DNA from: Clostridiales bacterium
GTDB taxonomy: Bacteria > Bacillota > Clostridia > Saccharofermentanales > UBA5734
DNA: 26,326 nt
Reading direction: 5' to 3'
Assembly (NCBI GenBank): GCA_007133255.1
Contig: SLMY01000065.1
Location: forward strand, 1-26,326
The notes beneath the pieces were generated by a model. That model made no database searches. It saw nothing but the letters and a program-made list of their open reading frames with translations, and was not told the DNA's origin. This document shows positions 25,311 through 26,326 of the stretch, piece after piece. Both the position numbers and the translations under genes were made by a program. The stretch's first letter is position 1, and every line of letters starts with the position of its first letter.

Positions 25311-26326
25311 TCACAGATCCAGCTGGCGGGCCAGCAGCGCGGCTTCAGTTCGGCTGCTGACACCCAGCTTACTGTAAAGCTGGCTTGTGTACCATTTAAT
25401 GGTTCCAGGCGACAAATATAATCTTTCGGAAATCGCTTTATTCGTCATTCCCTGGCTGATTAAGTGAAGCACTTCCTGTTCGCGATCTGACAAAGGTTCA
25501 ATAAGCGTCAGACTGTCAGCCGCGCTCTGTGAGACACCTTCGCTGATCGAGTCGGTTTTTTCATTTATTCGTGATTCAGGAAACAAAGACTGTTTCAATA
25601 TCAGCAGATTTTCTTTCTCATTTTGCGAGGTCACTTTCAGGTCAGATAGTACTTGTTTATACAGTGCAGCCAGATCCGTGTCTTCAACACTGTTATCGAT
25701 AACAATCTGAACTCGATGCGCAAAGACTGCCTGATTAACAGCCTTTTCCAGCAGCAAAGGTGCCGCTCTTTTCCTGCCGCAGCGCATGGCCAGCCTTGCC
25801 TGCAGTAATAATCCTTCAATGATCAGCTCAAGGTAGTCTTCTTCAGTCAGCGACTCAATGAGCGATGCCAGGATAGCTATAATCTGTTCCTGCGTTTCTG
25901 CCAGTTGCTTATCTGCTTTTTCTCTGTCTTTCGTCTCCATCAAAAAGAGATGTATAGAAGCGAAATATAGATGCGTCTGTCCCGGCTCCGGCTCTTTTGT
26001 GACCGAAAGAGTTGTGTTTTCCAGTATTTGGCTGGCCTGATCCATAAGATCCATCGCTAAATACAGACGAACGCGCAAAGCGGCAGCAGGCAGCAAAATA
26101 AATCGCGGCAGCCCTGCCTGTTCATCAAGCGACCTTATTCTTTCCGCGAACGTCAGCCCTTCCTGGTATTTTTGCTCAGATAAAGCCAATCTGATCCTGA
26201 ACAACAGGTTCCATGCTAAAGAAGGTTTTTCTGCCTCACTGATTAAAAGACCCCGCTGGATACATCTTCCCGCTTCATCAAACTCACCGCGCGCTCGCAT
26301 AATCTCACCTAGCAGAGTCCAGAGCA
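25311..26326 (-). CDS. Second MalT-like LuxR regulator, C-terminal part (5' end beyond the window)
   Basis: The frame stays open to the edge (LWTLLGEIMRARGEFDEAG...EKPSLAWNLLF), homologous to LWTLYGELLREKGKLDEAG...EKPCLGWNYLF in the downstream paralog. LuxR HTH LSDREQEVL...GTIKWY. Confidence 0.9.
   Translation of the reverse strand, partial: LWTLLGEIMRARGEFDEAGRCIQRGLLISEAEKPSLAWNLLFRIRLALSEQKYQEGLTFAERIRSLDEQAGLPRFILLPAAALRVRLYLAMDLMDQASQILENTTLSVTKEPEPGQTHLYFASIHLFLMETKDREKADKQLAETQEQIIAILASLIESLTEEDYLELIIEGLLLQARLAMRCGRKRAAPLLLEKAVNQAVFAHRVQIVIDNSVEDTDLAALYKQVLSDLKVTSQNEKENLLILKQSLFPESRINEKTDSISEGVSQSAADSLTLIEPLSDREQEVLHLISQGMTNKAISERLYLSPGTIKWYTSQLYSKLGVSSRTEAALLARQLDL

Noticed and set aside
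1-26326. Many short antisense or nested ORFs in the track; search for tRNA, rRNA, CRISPR, IS elements and integrases
   Set aside because: The nested ORFs lie inside well-supported genes and lack RBS or motifs. I saw no cloverleafs, repeat-spacer arrays, transposase or recombinase motifs.

Overview
A 26.3-kb bacterial chromosomal window, most likely from an anaerobic Bacillota (Clostridia-like) organism, judging by strong GGAGG ribosome-binding sites, sigma-A-like promoters, Cys-type sulfatases and a class II c-di-GMP riboswitch. From left to right it holds: (1) a truncated minus-strand gene for a secreted CnaB-type surface protein that the ORF track missed, preceded by a c-di-GMP-II riboswitch and overlapping terminator, and divergent from an AraC regulator; (2) a zinc-ribbon membrane protein coupled to a secreted Zn-dependent phospholipase C/S1-P1-like PKD protein; (3) a sugar/phosphate/sulfate processing group (Gfo/Idh/MocA oxidoreductase, two HAD hydrolases, two sulfatases); (4) an AT-rich AAA+ ATPase gene; (5) an efflux/regulatory block with an MFS exporter, an uncharacterised TIM-barrel-like protein, a TnrB/NarAB-like ABC exporter co-transcribed with an 86-aa small protein, a B12-binding radical SAM enzyme, an amidohydrolase and two tandem MalT-like LuxR (STAND) regulators. 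The most notable non-coding signals are the riboswitch with a non-canonical kink-turn region, a shared palindromic operator upstream of both exporters, and a 26-bp near-identical leader before two genes 15.3 kb apart. I saw no tRNA, rRNA, CRISPR array, transposase or integrase. All family assignments come from motif reading and recall, not from database searches.
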